64,000 bases of DNA, taken from Candidatus Cloacimonadales bacterium. Its GTDB lineage: Bacteria; Cloacimonadota; Cloacimonadia; Cloacimonadales; JAFGVF01. The position numbers were made by a program, and so were the translations under genes. The notes under the pieces were generated by a model that saw only the letters and a program-made list of their open reading frames with translations, searched no databases and was not told the origin of the DNA. This document shows positions 31,089 to 40,266 of this stretch, one piece after another. The stretch spans positions 864,001-928,000 of the forward strand of contig OY782781.1 of NCBI GenBank assembly GCA_963678315.1, read 5' to 3'. Position 1 is the first letter of the stretch. The number at the start of each line of letters is the position of its first letter.

Positions 31089-32648
31089 ATGACAGATAGT
31101 TTAAAGATACTATGGATAGATGATGAAGTCCAATTACTAAAACCATTAGTAATGTTTTTGGAAAAGAAGGGTTATCAGGTAGAAGTAGCTTCTAATGGTA
31201 ACGACGGTATTCAGAAAGTAACAGATTCTAGCTTTGACCTTGTTCTTCTTGATGAGATGATGCCAGGTTTAGATGGTTTAGAAACTTTAAGTAGAATCAA
31301 ACAAATAGCTCCAGATTTACCAGTAGTTATGGTGACTAAGAGTGAGGAAGAAGGCTTGATGGATCAAGCGATTGCTAACCAAATTGCAGATTACTTAATA
31401 AAGCCTATTAACCCTAATCAAGTTGTTATGTCTATCAAGAAGATATTTGATTCTTCAACAATAAAACAAAATCAGCTTGGTCAGCAATATGCTCGCTTTG
31501 TAGGTGAGTTAAACGGTCGTTTGATGAATGGTCCAACTCGAGATGACTGGTATGAAATATACAATGATCTATGCAAATGGGATTTAAGAATAGCAGAAGT
31601 GAAAGACAGTGGACTAGAACAAATGCACTTCTTGCAAAAAAGAGACTGTAATAGTGAGTTTACTTCTTTCGTAGAAAAGAAATACTATAACTGGATTAAT
31701 ACAGATGAAAGACCAACGCTGTCTTTTGATATTATTTCTGAGTATGTTGCACCTCTTCTTGAAGAAGATAAACCGACCTATTTTATAATTCTAGATTGTA
31801 TGAGATTAGACCAGTATATGGCGATTGAACCTTATATAAAAGAACTGTTTGATGTAGACTTAAATCTTTACTATTCAATTCTACCTACAGCAACACCATA
31901 TTCCCGTAATGCTATCTTTAGTGGCTTACTTCCTATTGATATTGCAGAAAGGTTCCCAGAATATTGGGATAACTCTTCTGATATGGACAATAGTCGAAAT
32001 AGAAATGAACACCAGCTTATGGACGAACATCTTAAAGATTTAGGAATAAAATTAGATATCAATTCTAAGTATGTTAAAATCTTCAACATGGAAGAAGGTA
32101 ACTTTGTAATTAGAAAGGTTGATTCTTGGAAGAATGATAAGCTGATAGTTCTAGTATATAACTTCTTGGATTTAGTTGCTCATCATCGTTCAAGAGATCA
32201 GATTCTTCAAGAAGCTATCCCAGATGAAAAAGCTTTGCGTAACTTCACTAAACATTGGTTTGTTCATTCTCCTTTCTATGAAGCATTGAAAGCTATTTCG
32301 AAACAGGGCGCAAATGTTGTTATAACTACAGACCATGGGTCTATAAAAGTTAATAGAGCAAGTCAAGTTATTGGAGATAAAGATACAACACTTACTGTTC
32401 GTTATAAAGAAGGAAAGAACTTATCCTGTAATGAAAAGCAAGCTTTCTTTATTAAAGAACCTCAAGAATATGGTTTGCCAGCTAAGAATATTGTAGATAA
32501 CTATATCTTCGCTAAAGATGATTATTACTTTGTATATCCTAATTCTTACCATACTTACCAGAAAAAATATAATGGAACCTTCCAACATGGTGGAGTCTCT
32601 ATGCAAGAAATGATTCTTCCTGTTAGCGTTGGAAGAGCTAAGAAATAA
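31089..32648 (+). CDS. porX: PorX-family response regulator (REC + PglZ/alkaline-phosphatase-fold domain)
   Basis: ILWIDDE, LLDEMMPG, ILDCMRLDQ, SILPTATPYSRNAIFSG, TTDHG, GTFQHGGVS; followed by tsaE as in Bacteroidota. Confidence 0.88.
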   Translation: MTDSLKILWIDDEVQLLKPLVMFLEKKGYQVEVASNGNDGIQKVTDSSFDLVLLDEMMPGLDGLETLSRIKQIAPDLPVVMVTKSEEEGLMDQAIANQIADYLIKPINPNQVVMSIKKIFDSSTIKQNQLGQQYARFVGELNGRLMNGPTRDDWYEIYNDLCKWDLRIAEVKDSGLEQMHFLQKRDCNSEFTSFVEKKYYNWINTDERPTLSFDIISEYVAPLLEEDKPTYFIILDCMRLDQYMAIEPYIKELFDVDLNLYYSILPTATPYSRNAIFSGLLPIDIAERFPEYWDNSSDMDNSRNRNEHQLMDEHLKDLGIKLDINSKYVKIFNMEEGNFVIRKVDSWKNDKLIVLVYNFLDLVAHHRSRDQILQEAIPDEKALRNFTKHWFVHSPFYEALKAISKQGANVVITTDHGSIKVNRASQVIGDKDTTLTVRYKEGKNLSCNEKQAFFIKEPQEYGLPAKNIVDNYIFAKDDYYFVYPNSYHTYQKKYNGTFQHGGVSMQEMILPVSVGRAKK

Positions 32649-32726
32649 TCTAAAGACAATTTAACATATATAAGGAAGTGGTGTGGGCTTCTCTGCACCT
32701 CTTCTTAATCAATTAAAGAGATAACA

Positions 32727-33158
32727 ATGAAGAAAGAGATAATACTGCCTAATGTAGAAGCAAGCATTGCTTTCGCTGAAAAGATGGCTGAAACAGTAAA
32801 GAAAGGCGATGTCTTCATGCTTTATGGTGAACTTGGAGCAGGCAAAACCTTCTTTGTGAATAAGCTGTGTAAGAAGATAGGGGTAACTGAGGTCGTTAGT
32901 AGTCCTTCTTATGTTCTACTGAATGAATATGATGCTAAAGATTTTCTAGTATATCACTTAGATTTATATAGATTAGGAAGTGAAGAAGAGATCTATGAAC
33001 TAGGCATCTTGGATTTTATAGATACAGGAATTACTTTCGTTGAATGGCCAGAAATAGCTGAAGAAATGTTGCCTGAAGAAAGGGTTGAGTTATATTTTGA
33101 GTATGTAGAAGACTATCGTAAAGTAACTATTATAGACAGGAGAAAGAATGGAGCTTAA
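32727..33158 (+). CDS. tsaE: tRNA threonylcarbamoyladenosine biosynthesis ATPase TsaE
   Basis: GELGAGKT, VSSPSY, YHLDLYRL, VEWPE. Confidence 0.95.
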   Translation: MKKEIILPNVEASIAFAEKMAETVKKGDVFMLYGELGAGKTFFVNKLCKKIGVTEVVSSPSYVLLNEYDAKDFLVYHLDLYRLGSEEEIYELGILDFIDTGITFVEWPEIAEEMLPEERVELYFEYVEDYRKVTIIDRRKNGA

Positions 33159-34995
33159 AAGAGGTCTGAAATTCCCAGAGATATTTAGCATTTCAACAGG
33201 GGCAATGATATCATCAGGTATCTTTATATTGCCAGGCTTAGCATACGCAATGACAGGTCCTGCAGTGTTCTTGTCCTACTTCTTAGCAGGTATACTGGCT
33301 TTTACTGGGGTTCTTAGTGTTGCTGAATTAGCTACCGCAATGCCTAAAGCTGGCGGAGATTACTTCTTTATTAATCGTAGCTTGGGTGCATCAGTAGGGA
33401 CCATATCTGGACTTCTTAGCTGGTTTGCTCTTTCCCTAAAAAGCGCTTTCGGTATAATTGGTATTACTTCTGTATTGAAACTATTCTTTACCATGTATGA
33501 CCCGCTTTGGGCAGGAGTAGCAGTATTGATGACTGCTGGATTTGTTATGCTTAATATTACTGGTGTAAAGGAAGCCGGTAAGTTCCAGGTAATGCTTGTA
33601 GTGGGCTTGATAGCGATTATGCTCTTCTATATCATTAGTGGTCTACCTAAAGTTAATATAGGTAATTTCGAGCCATTTGTTATCGGAGATACCAAGAATA
33701 TTATTCTCACAGCTGGTTTTGTATTTGTTTCTTATGGTGGACTTATCAAAGTAGCATCTATGTCGGAAGAAATATCTAATCCAACTAGGAACATTCCTCT
33801 AGGCTTGATAGCCTCTTTAACTGTTACCATGATATTGTATGTACTAATGCTGATAGTTACTGTAGGTATAGAATCTAAAGATATTCTAGCAGATCCTACT
33901 AACTTAACACCAATTGCTAAAGCAGCTCAAAATGTAACTGGTAATATAGGCTTTTACGCTATATTAATTGCTTCAATGCTGGCTTTTGTTACTACAGCAA
34001 ATGCTGGTATAATGGCAGCTTCAAGATATCCACTGGCTATGAGTAGGGATAATTTGATGCCTAAGTTTCTTGGTTTTGTTTCTAAGAAGTCGCAGACTCC
34101 AGTTACTTCATTATTAATTACTGGAGCATTTATTGCTTTAGCTATACTATTGCCTATTAAGATACTTATTAAATCAGCCTCTACAGTAGTTATTATGAAC
34201 TACATTCTTTCCAGTTTATCAGTTATTATATTGAGGGAAAGTAGAATTCAGAATTATAGACCTACCTTCAAGTCTCCACTATATCCATGGGTACAGATTA
34301 TAGCAATCTTTGCTTTTATATTACTCATATTTGATATGGGCTTCTATCCAATATTAATCAGCTTTGGACTAATCTTAATTGGTTTGATTACTTATCTTTT
34401 CTACGGTAGGAAGAAAGAACACAATGAATATGCTTTCTTGCATTTAGTTGAGAGAGTAATGAACAAGAAGCTAACTTCTTACAACTTAGAAGCAGAACTA
34501 AAAGACATTCTTTATGAAAGAGATGAAATAACCAAAGATAAGTTTGATAAGTTGATTGAAAAGGCTAATGTTATTGATATTAAGGACCACATTGAGGTTG
34601 ATGAACTATTTAGTATTATAGCTAAAGAGTTCGAACAATCACTTGATATTACTAAAAAGCAAATCCTTGATAAACTTAATGATAGAGAAACACAGAGTTC
34701 TACAGCTCTTACTCCATTTGTGGCGATTCCTCACCTTATTATTGAGAAGGAAGATTCTTTTAAGATACTTCTTATTAGAGCCCAAAAAGGTGTTAAGTTT
34801 TCAGAAGACCAAAGTGATGTTAAAGCTATATTTGTTTTAATAGGTTCTATGTCAGAACGTAATATGCATTTAAAATCATTATCTGCCATAGCTCAGATAG
34901 TACAAAACAAAGATTTTGAGCATAAATGGTTAGCTGCTGAAGGTAAAAAGAATATTAAAGATATAGTTTTATTAGGTGAAAGAGCACGATTCTAA
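33148..34995 (+). CDS. APC-family amino acid permease fused to a C-terminal PTS EIIA(Ntr/Fru)-like domain
   Basis: GAMISSGIF, MPKAGGDY, SEEISNP, ASRYPLAMSRD; tail RETQSSTAL..VAIPH...HLKSLSAIA. Confidence 0.87.
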   Translation: MELKRGLKFPEIFSISTGAMISSGIFILPGLAYAMTGPAVFLSYFLAGILAFTGVLSVAELATAMPKAGGDYFFINRSLGASVGTISGLLSWFALSLKSAFGIIGITSVLKLFFTMYDPLWAGVAVLMTAGFVMLNITGVKEAGKFQVMLVVGLIAIMLFYIISGLPKVNIGNFEPFVIGDTKNIILTAGFVFVSYGGLIKVASMSEEISNPTRNIPLGLIASLTVTMILYVLMLIVTVGIESKDILADPTNLTPIAKAAQNVTGNIGFYAILIASMLAFVTTANAGIMAASRYPLAMSRDNLMPKFLGFVSKKSQTPVTSLLITGAFIALAILLPIKILIKSASTVVIMNYILSSLSVIILRESRIQNYRPTFKSPLYPWVQIIAIFAFILLIFDMGFYPILISFGLILIGLITYLFYGRKKEHNEYAFLHLVERVMNKKLTSYNLEAELKDILYERDEITKDKFDKLIEKANVIDIKDHIEVDELFSIIAKEFEQSLDITKKQILDKLNDRETQSSTALTPFVAIPHLIIEKEDSFKILLIRAQKGVKFSEDQSDVKAIFVLIGSMSERNMHLKSLSAIAQIVQNKDFEHKWLAAEGKKNIKDIVLLGERARF

Positions 34996-35110
34996 CGGCT
35001 TATAGGCAGAATTGCTTTTGATTACCATTAAAAAAATTAGATAAAGTTCTTGCCAAGAATCGCTCAATAGATTTTTTTGGACTGTAATAGAAAAATTAGG
35101 AAGGTGAATT

Positions 35111-35302
35111 ATGTCACGAGTATGCGATATATGTGGAAAAGGTTCAATCGTTGGTAACAACCGTAGCCACGCTATGAACGCGACCAAAAGAAGATTCTAT
35201 CCAAATCTTCATTCAATAAAGGCAGAAATTAAAGGCGAAGTTAAAAGCGTTAAAATCTGCTCAAGCTGCTTAAAAGCAAATAAAGTTAAAAAAGTTATCT
35301 AA
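35111..35302 (+). CDS. rpmB: 50S ribosomal protein L28
   Basis: [10 protein letters not shown]...[17 protein letters not shown]...CSSCLK. Confidence 0.97.
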   Translation: MSRVCDICGKGSIVGNNRSHAMNATKRRFYPNLHSIKAEIKGEVKSVKICSSCLKANKVKKVI

Positions 35303-35352
35303 TAGTTTATTATATAATAACAATGACTAGTTACTAGTCGCATATACTTTTT

Positions 35353-35375
35353 AGTCCCATTATGGGACTTTTTTT
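35353..35375 (+). terminator. Intrinsic terminator after rpmB
   Basis: AGTCCCA-TTA-TGGGACT plus T run, between convergent genes. Confidence 0.7.
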
Positions 35376-35379
35376 ATGC

Positions 35380-37023
35380 CTAGAAATATATATAATCTTT
35401 GAATACAATTGCTTTGGATTTACCATTAAGAATCTTTGTTGAGAATTCTTTACTTCTAGCTACAAAGAAAGCACACTTTTTTAGTTCCTTTGCTTTGTCT
35501 GCTAATCTATCGATCCATAACTGCTTTGCCTCAGTCTTTAAATCATCAAACACTTGGTTCTTATAAGCAAGGTTCTGAGAGTGATCTAAGCAAGCTGGAG
35601 TATTATTCTTTCTGCTATGGAGTATCCAATCCCAACTCAGGAAATCACTAATCTTATTCTCTTGTGCAGTACCAAGAGTTTCAATGAGGAAGCTATAGAA
35701 TAGCTCGAACTTTTTATTTAGATTATAGCTAGACATCTCTTCAAGGTTGGAGAAGCAATCAGCTAAACCTATAAAGAGGTCAACAGGTCTAGCAAAGCAT
35801 GACTTAAACTCATTTATCGTATTCTTAAACTTCTCAGAATTGTAGAAGGCATCGAATACATCTTCGAATTTATGTAAATATACAATATCTTCGAATGTTA
35901 GCCATTTATTCTTCAGAATCTGGTAAGGTGTTTCAGAATCATAAACTAGCTCATATTCTTCAGCTTTATCATGCATTTCTGTTCCAGAAAGAACCTTAAG
36001 GAAGCCTAATTGAATAACATCTGCATCTAGTTCAAGTAAATCATTAATTGAATTTAAATAACTCGTTTTATCTTCATAAGGAAGGCCTGCAATTAAATCC
36101 AGATGCGTATGTATATTCTTGATGTTCAGGAGTCTTGTGAGTTTATGCTTAAAGCTTGAGAAGGCATAATTTCTGTTGATTGCCTGTAAAGTCTTGTTAT
36201 TGGTAGATTGCACTCCAATCTCAAACTGTATTCTCTCTGGAGGAATCTTTTCTAGAATCTCAAAATCTTGGTCTTCAAGAAGGGCTGGATGAACTTCAAA
36301 ATGGAACTTTGTTTCCTGTTCAAGTTCGCTTATGAATTGCCAAACTTGTCTTGCAAAGACTCTATTAGCGTTGAAGCTTCTGTCAACAAATTTGATAATT
36401 CTAGGATTGCTTTTAAGAATTTCAGTTAATTCCTTTATGACTATATCAATCTGCTTGTATTGTAGCTTTTGGTCTGATCTTGATGATAAACAGAAAGAAC
36501 ACTTAAATGGGCAACCACGAGAAGCTTCATAGTAGATATACTTAAGCTTTATCCTATCTAGGTCTTCTCTGGTGTAAGGCACTGATTTATTTATAAAGTT
36601 ATCATTAGGAATATTAATGATGCTCTCTTCCAAGGCAAAATCAGATTCTGCTAGCCTTCTGAATCCACTTTCTCCAGCTCCCTGAATTATATAGTCTGGA
36701 GGAAAATTCAAGTTTTCCCATTTTTCAAAGTTATAACTTACCTCTGGTCCACCCAAAACTAAGACTTTTTCCGGATAAAGCTTTTTTAAATTTTCAGTTA
36801 AGAACTCTACAACTTGTGCATTCCAAATGTAGGTTGAAATGGCAATTATGTCTGGATTAGTAGCTATTATATTGGCTAGTATTTTAAACTTATCTGTGTT
36901 TATTGTCAGCTCTAAAATACTGATATTGTAGTTCAGACCAGCTAAAATGTCTCTCATATATAAGATAGCTAAGTTCGAGTGAGTATATCTTGCATTTACT
37001 GATAAAAGTGTTATATTTTTCAT
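35380..37023 (-). CDS. B12-binding radical SAM protein (DUF4080-type)
   Basis: NARYTHSNLA, VLGGPEVSY, EASRGCPFKCSFC (CxxxCxxC), HLDLIAGLPYE. Confidence 0.9.
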   Translation of the reverse strand: MKNITLLSVNARYTHSNLAILYMRDILAGLNYNISILELTINTDKFKILANIIATNPDIIAISTYIWNAQVVEFLTENLKKLYPEKVLVLGGPEVSYNFEKWENLNFPPDYIIQGAGESGFRRLAESDFALEESIINIPNDNFINKSVPYTREDLDRIKLKYIYYEASRGCPFKCSFCLSSRSDQKLQYKQIDIVIKELTEILKSNPRIIKFVDRSFNANRVFARQVWQFISELEQETKFHFEVHPALLEDQDFEILEKIPPERIQFEIGVQSTNNKTLQAINRNYAFSSFKHKLTRLLNIKNIHTHLDLIAGLPYEDKTSYLNSINDLLELDADVIQLGFLKVLSGTEMHDKAEEYELVYDSETPYQILKNKWLTFEDIVYLHKFEDVFDAFYNSEKFKNTINEFKSCFARPVDLFIGLADCFSNLEEMSSYNLNKKFELFYSFLIETLGTAQENKISDFLSWDWILHSRKNNTPACLDHSQNLAYKNQVFDDLKTEAKQLWIDRLADKAKELKKCAFFVARSKEFSTKILNGKSKAIVFKDYIYF

Positions 37024-37156
37024 GATAGCAAAATATTAAATTTCGTTAACTATGTCTATATAAAAAAAGAAATTAATAAAAAAAGTTGACACTTCGAATA
37101 AGTCTTGTTAACTTTGGTCTGATATAATGACTTTTTAGAGAGAAAAGGAGAAAAGA

Positions 37157-37867
37157 ATGAAAAAAATATTATTTGTTGTTTTGTTAGTGATTACTGTAGC
37201 TATGAGTGCTACAACTATTTATGATATCCAGTACACTACAGATGCTGGTAATGATGGAACATACCCTTCACCTATGGCTGGACAAGAGGTAACTGTTGAA
37301 GGTGTTGTTACAGCTATCGGTGCTAATGAGTATCAAGGTAACACAAAATTCTTTATTTCTGACGTTACTGGTGGTGCATGGAATGGTGTTTATGTTTATG
37401 ATTGGGACACTCCTGTTCAAATCGGAGACATGGTTACAGTAACTGGAGAAGTAACAGAATATTATGGTGTTACAGAATTAACTTATTGTGATGTTAATGT
37501 TATGAGCTCAGGAAATGTTACACCTAGTCCTATCATTATTACAACTGGTCAAATGTCTGCTGGCGAATCAGCTGAATCTTATGAAGGCTGTTTAGTTAAA
37601 GTTATGAATGTAGCTGTTACATCAGAAGCTGATGATTATGGCAAATTTTCTATTAACGATAACACAGGCGAATGTAAAGTAAACGACTTATTTGACGTTT
37701 ATCCTGAACCATCAATGGGCGACAACTATTCTTATATCATGGGTATGGGTCATTATGACTACGGCGATTATACAATCGAACCTAGAACTTCTGATGACTG
37801 GGCTTTATCTACTCCTGTAAGTAATAGCTCAAAATCATGGGGTAAAATTAAATCTATCTATAAATAG
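37157..37867 (+). CDS. Secreted OB-fold (extracellular-nuclease-associated type) protein ending in SWGKIKSIYK
   Basis: Signal peptide; TIYDIQ...SPMAGQEVTVEGVVTA, GDMVTVTGEVTEYYGVTEL, ESYEGCLV. Confidence 0.75.
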   Translation: MKKILFVVLLVITVAMSATTIYDIQYTTDAGNDGTYPSPMAGQEVTVEGVVTAIGANEYQGNTKFFISDVTGGAWNGVYVYDWDTPVQIGDMVTVTGEVTEYYGVTELTYCDVNVMSSGNVTPSPIIITTGQMSAGESAESYEGCLVKVMNVAVTSEADDYGKFSINDNTGECKVNDLFDVYPEPSMGDNYSYIMGMGHYDYGDYTIEPRTSDDWALSTPVSNSSKSWGKIKSIYK

Positions 37868-37908
37868 AAATAAATAAGGCAAAATATACTATACTTTAAG
37901 GAGGTAGA

Positions 37909-38400
37909 ATGGCTAAATTTATTAAGAAAGTATTCTGGCTTGGTGTTATATCAGGTGTTGGATTCTTAGCTTTTAAACAGTATAAAAGAATTACTGCTAT
38001 TTCAAAGTTAAGTAAATCTTTACCAGAATTTTTGAACAATGTCTATGGTGAAAAACCAAAGGTGAATATTAACTATGTAATTAACGCAGTTACCATTAGA
38101 GCTGGGTTTACTCAAGAAATCATTGACGAAAATGAAGATATTCAATCAACAATAACTGAATACATCGAAGATTTCTACCCTGCTTTAAGTAGTCTAAAAA
38201 TGACTGTTGACGTTTTTACTACTGAAGTAACTAACACTGAAGATGCTAAAAAAGATCATGACTGTGATTGCGGAAATGAAGATTGTGACTGTGACGGTGA
38301 AGACTGTGATTGTGATGATCCTGACTGCAACTGCCATGACAAAGAGCAGGTTCAAGAGGATACTGAAGAAGAAGAAGAAGAAAAGACAGAAACAGTTTAA
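37909..38400 (+). CDS. Membrane-anchored hypothetical protein with Cys/Asp/His-rich tail
   Basis: N-terminal TM; tail HDCDCGNEDCDCDGEDCDCDDPDCNCHD and Glu run; SD AAGGAGG. Confidence 0.75.
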   Translation: MAKFIKKVFWLGVISGVGFLAFKQYKRITAISKLSKSLPEFLNNVYGEKPKVNINYVINAVTIRAGFTQEIIDENEDIQSTITEYIEDFYPALSSLKMTVDVFTTEVTNTEDAKKDHDCDCGNEDCDCDGEDCDCDDPDCNCHDKEQVQEDTEEEEEEKTETV

Positions 38401-38429
38401 GTTATAATATTAATTAACTTAGATATAGT

Positions 38430-38462
38430 AAGAGTGTTGGATTTCCAACACTCTTTTTTTTT
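38430..38462 (+). terminator. Intrinsic terminator
   Basis: AAGAGTGTTGGA-TT-TCCAACACTCTT plus long T run. Confidence 0.8.
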
Positions 38463-38464
38463 GT

Positions 38465-38980
38465 GTAAGCAACAGTTTTCGACTGTCACAGTCCCTGCTT
38501 GGGATTGAGACGTTTTGCCAAACGTCTCTACAGCATTCCCAGTTTACACAAAAGTTTACTCTTCTGGTTTAACCTGCAAAGTCGGAACGCCATCGTCCCT
38601 GATGGCTAAACCTACGAAAGTAGGTTATATATGAGATTTAAATATATGTTTAGTATATATTTAAATACATAAGCCGGCACGGAGGCCAGCGTTCCCAGTT
38701 TTAAACTGCACGGATAAGTCTTCTCCTGACTCAGTCACTGTTTGCGAAGTGGTTTTGGGTATGCAAGCAACCTTCTTCGACTGCTATTGAGACGTTCTGC
38801 CGAAGGTCTCTACAGTAAAAACACACTCCTTCCTTACTTGCCACCTTGAAAAATCGGACTTTTTTCAAAGAGACCCATAGGCATGAAGGTGATTTGGGTT
38901 AGAAGCTTGCTTACCCTCCATAAAAAATCGTAGGAGCGTATGGTATGTGCCCAAAAGGGTGTGAGCATCACACCTCTACA
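38465..38980. repeat. Repeat mosaic (family C, GAGACGTT..CTCTAC hairpins, inverted ACTGGGAAC unit, family A, GTAG...CTAC doublet)
   Basis: Modules at about 38465, 38507, 38671-38699, 38789, 38832 and 38930-38979; most also occur in other intergenic gaps of the window. Confidence 0.8.
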
Positions 38981-39204
38981 AGAGAAAAAACATAGCATAA
39001 GGAATAACTAATCCTGTGAGGATAAACTCTGCCTAAGATGGCACTATTGCTCCTATTCTAAAGTAAGAAATAGTAGGGGATTAAAGGAATTCCAAATATA
39101 ATAAATTATAAATGAAAAAAAGTCTTGACGTTTATAAGCCTATAAAAAAACATGATAGCATTTAAAATTGTATAATTATGTTTATTATAGAATAAGGAGT
39201 TAAT

Positions 39205-39495
39205 ATGGTTAAGCTTAGATTGAGAAGAATGGGTGCTAGTAACCGTCCATTCTATCGAATCGTTGCAGTTGATGCTCGTGTGAAAAGAGATGGTAAATAC
39301 ATTGAAAATGTTGGTTACTACAATCCAATGCCAGAAGAGGCAGAAATAAAAGTTGATACAGAAAAAGCTATTAAATGGCTAAGCGTAGGTGCACAACCTA
39401 CAGATACAGTAAGATCTATACTTAGAAAATGTGGTGTGTTAGAATTATGGCACAACCAAAAAATTAAGGCTAGACAAGAGAAAGCTGAAAACTAA
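39205..39495 (+). CDS. rpsP: 30S ribosomal protein S16
   Basis: [10 protein letters not shown]...[11 protein letters not shown]...GAQPTDTV. Confidence 0.97.
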   Translation: MVKLRLRRMGASNRPFYRIVAVDARVKRDGKYIENVGYYNPMPEEAEIKVDTEKAIKWLSVGAQPTDTVRSILRKCGVLELWHNQKIKARQEKAEN

Positions 39496-39510
39496 GTATA
39501 GGGAGTGATA

Positions 39511-39741
39511 ATGAAAGACCTAATAGAATTCGTAGTAAAAGCTCTTGTAGATGATCCTAGTGAAGTGAAAATCACTGAGATTAATGGAGACAAAATCACT
39601 CTTTTTGAACTAAGAGTTTCAAAAGATGATATTGGTAAAGTTATTGGAAAGAAAGGAAGAACTGCTGGAGCTATTCGTACAATTCTAAATGCTGTAAGTA
39701 CTAAACAAGGGAAAAGAGCAGAACTTGAAATTATCGAATAG
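39511..39741 (+). CDS. khpA: KH-domain RNA-binding protein KhpA
   Basis: DIGKVIGKKGRTAGAIRT; rpsP-khpA-rimM synteny. ATG 39511 preferred over GTG 39505. Confidence 0.92.
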   Translation: MKDLIEFVVKALVDDPSEVKITEINGDKITLFELRVSKDDIGKVIGKKGRTAGAIRTILNAVSTKQGKRAELEIIE

Positions 39742-40266
39742 ATGAACTTTAAAGACTTATTTATAATTGGCAGGTTGGGAAAAATCATAGTAGATGAAAA
39801 TGAATATCATTTCATAGCAAATGATAATTTTCAACTTGCTTTTCTAGAAGAGTCTGCTAAAGTATTTTTGATCTTTACAGAGCATAGAGTGTTTTTTGTG
39901 GAAATAAATGAATTTTGCATGAAGAATTCTAAATATTATATCTCGTTTAAAGACGAGGGTATATTAGAGGAATTCAAGAAAAATAATTCGTGTAAGGTGG
40001 CTGTACCTAAGGATGAATTCTATTCTCAGCAGTTTGAAGAAGATTATTCAGATATACTTGATTTTACTGCTGTAAAGAGTGATAGTTTAGAAACAATAGG
40101 AACAGTTATCGATTTTATTTATAATCCTAAACAGAGAATTATAGTTATAGAAGATTCTTCAGGGAAAGAGATTCTTATACCTGAAGTAGATTATTATATA
40201 GATGACATAGATTCTAAAAAAAGAGTAATCACAATAAAGAATAGCCAAGGTTTACTTGATTTATGA
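39742..40266 (+). CDS. rimM: Ribosome maturation factor RimM (divergent N-terminus)
   Basis: Position between khpA and trmD; PRC-barrel-like C-terminus IGTVIDF...KEILIP...IDDID...GLLDL. Confidence 0.78.
   Translation: MNFKDLFIIGRLGKIIVDENEYHFIANDNFQLAFLEESAKVFLIFTEHRVFFVEINEFCMKNSKYYISFKDEGILEEFKKNNSCKVAVPKDEFYSQQFEEDYSDILDFTAVKSDSLETIGTVIDFIYNPKQRIIVIEDSSGKEILIPEVDYYIDDIDSKKRVITIKNSQGLLDL

Noticed and set aside
31089..32648. BREX defence system (PglZ domain)
   Set aside because: REC fusion and tsaE linkage identify PorX; no brxC, pglX or brxL nearby.
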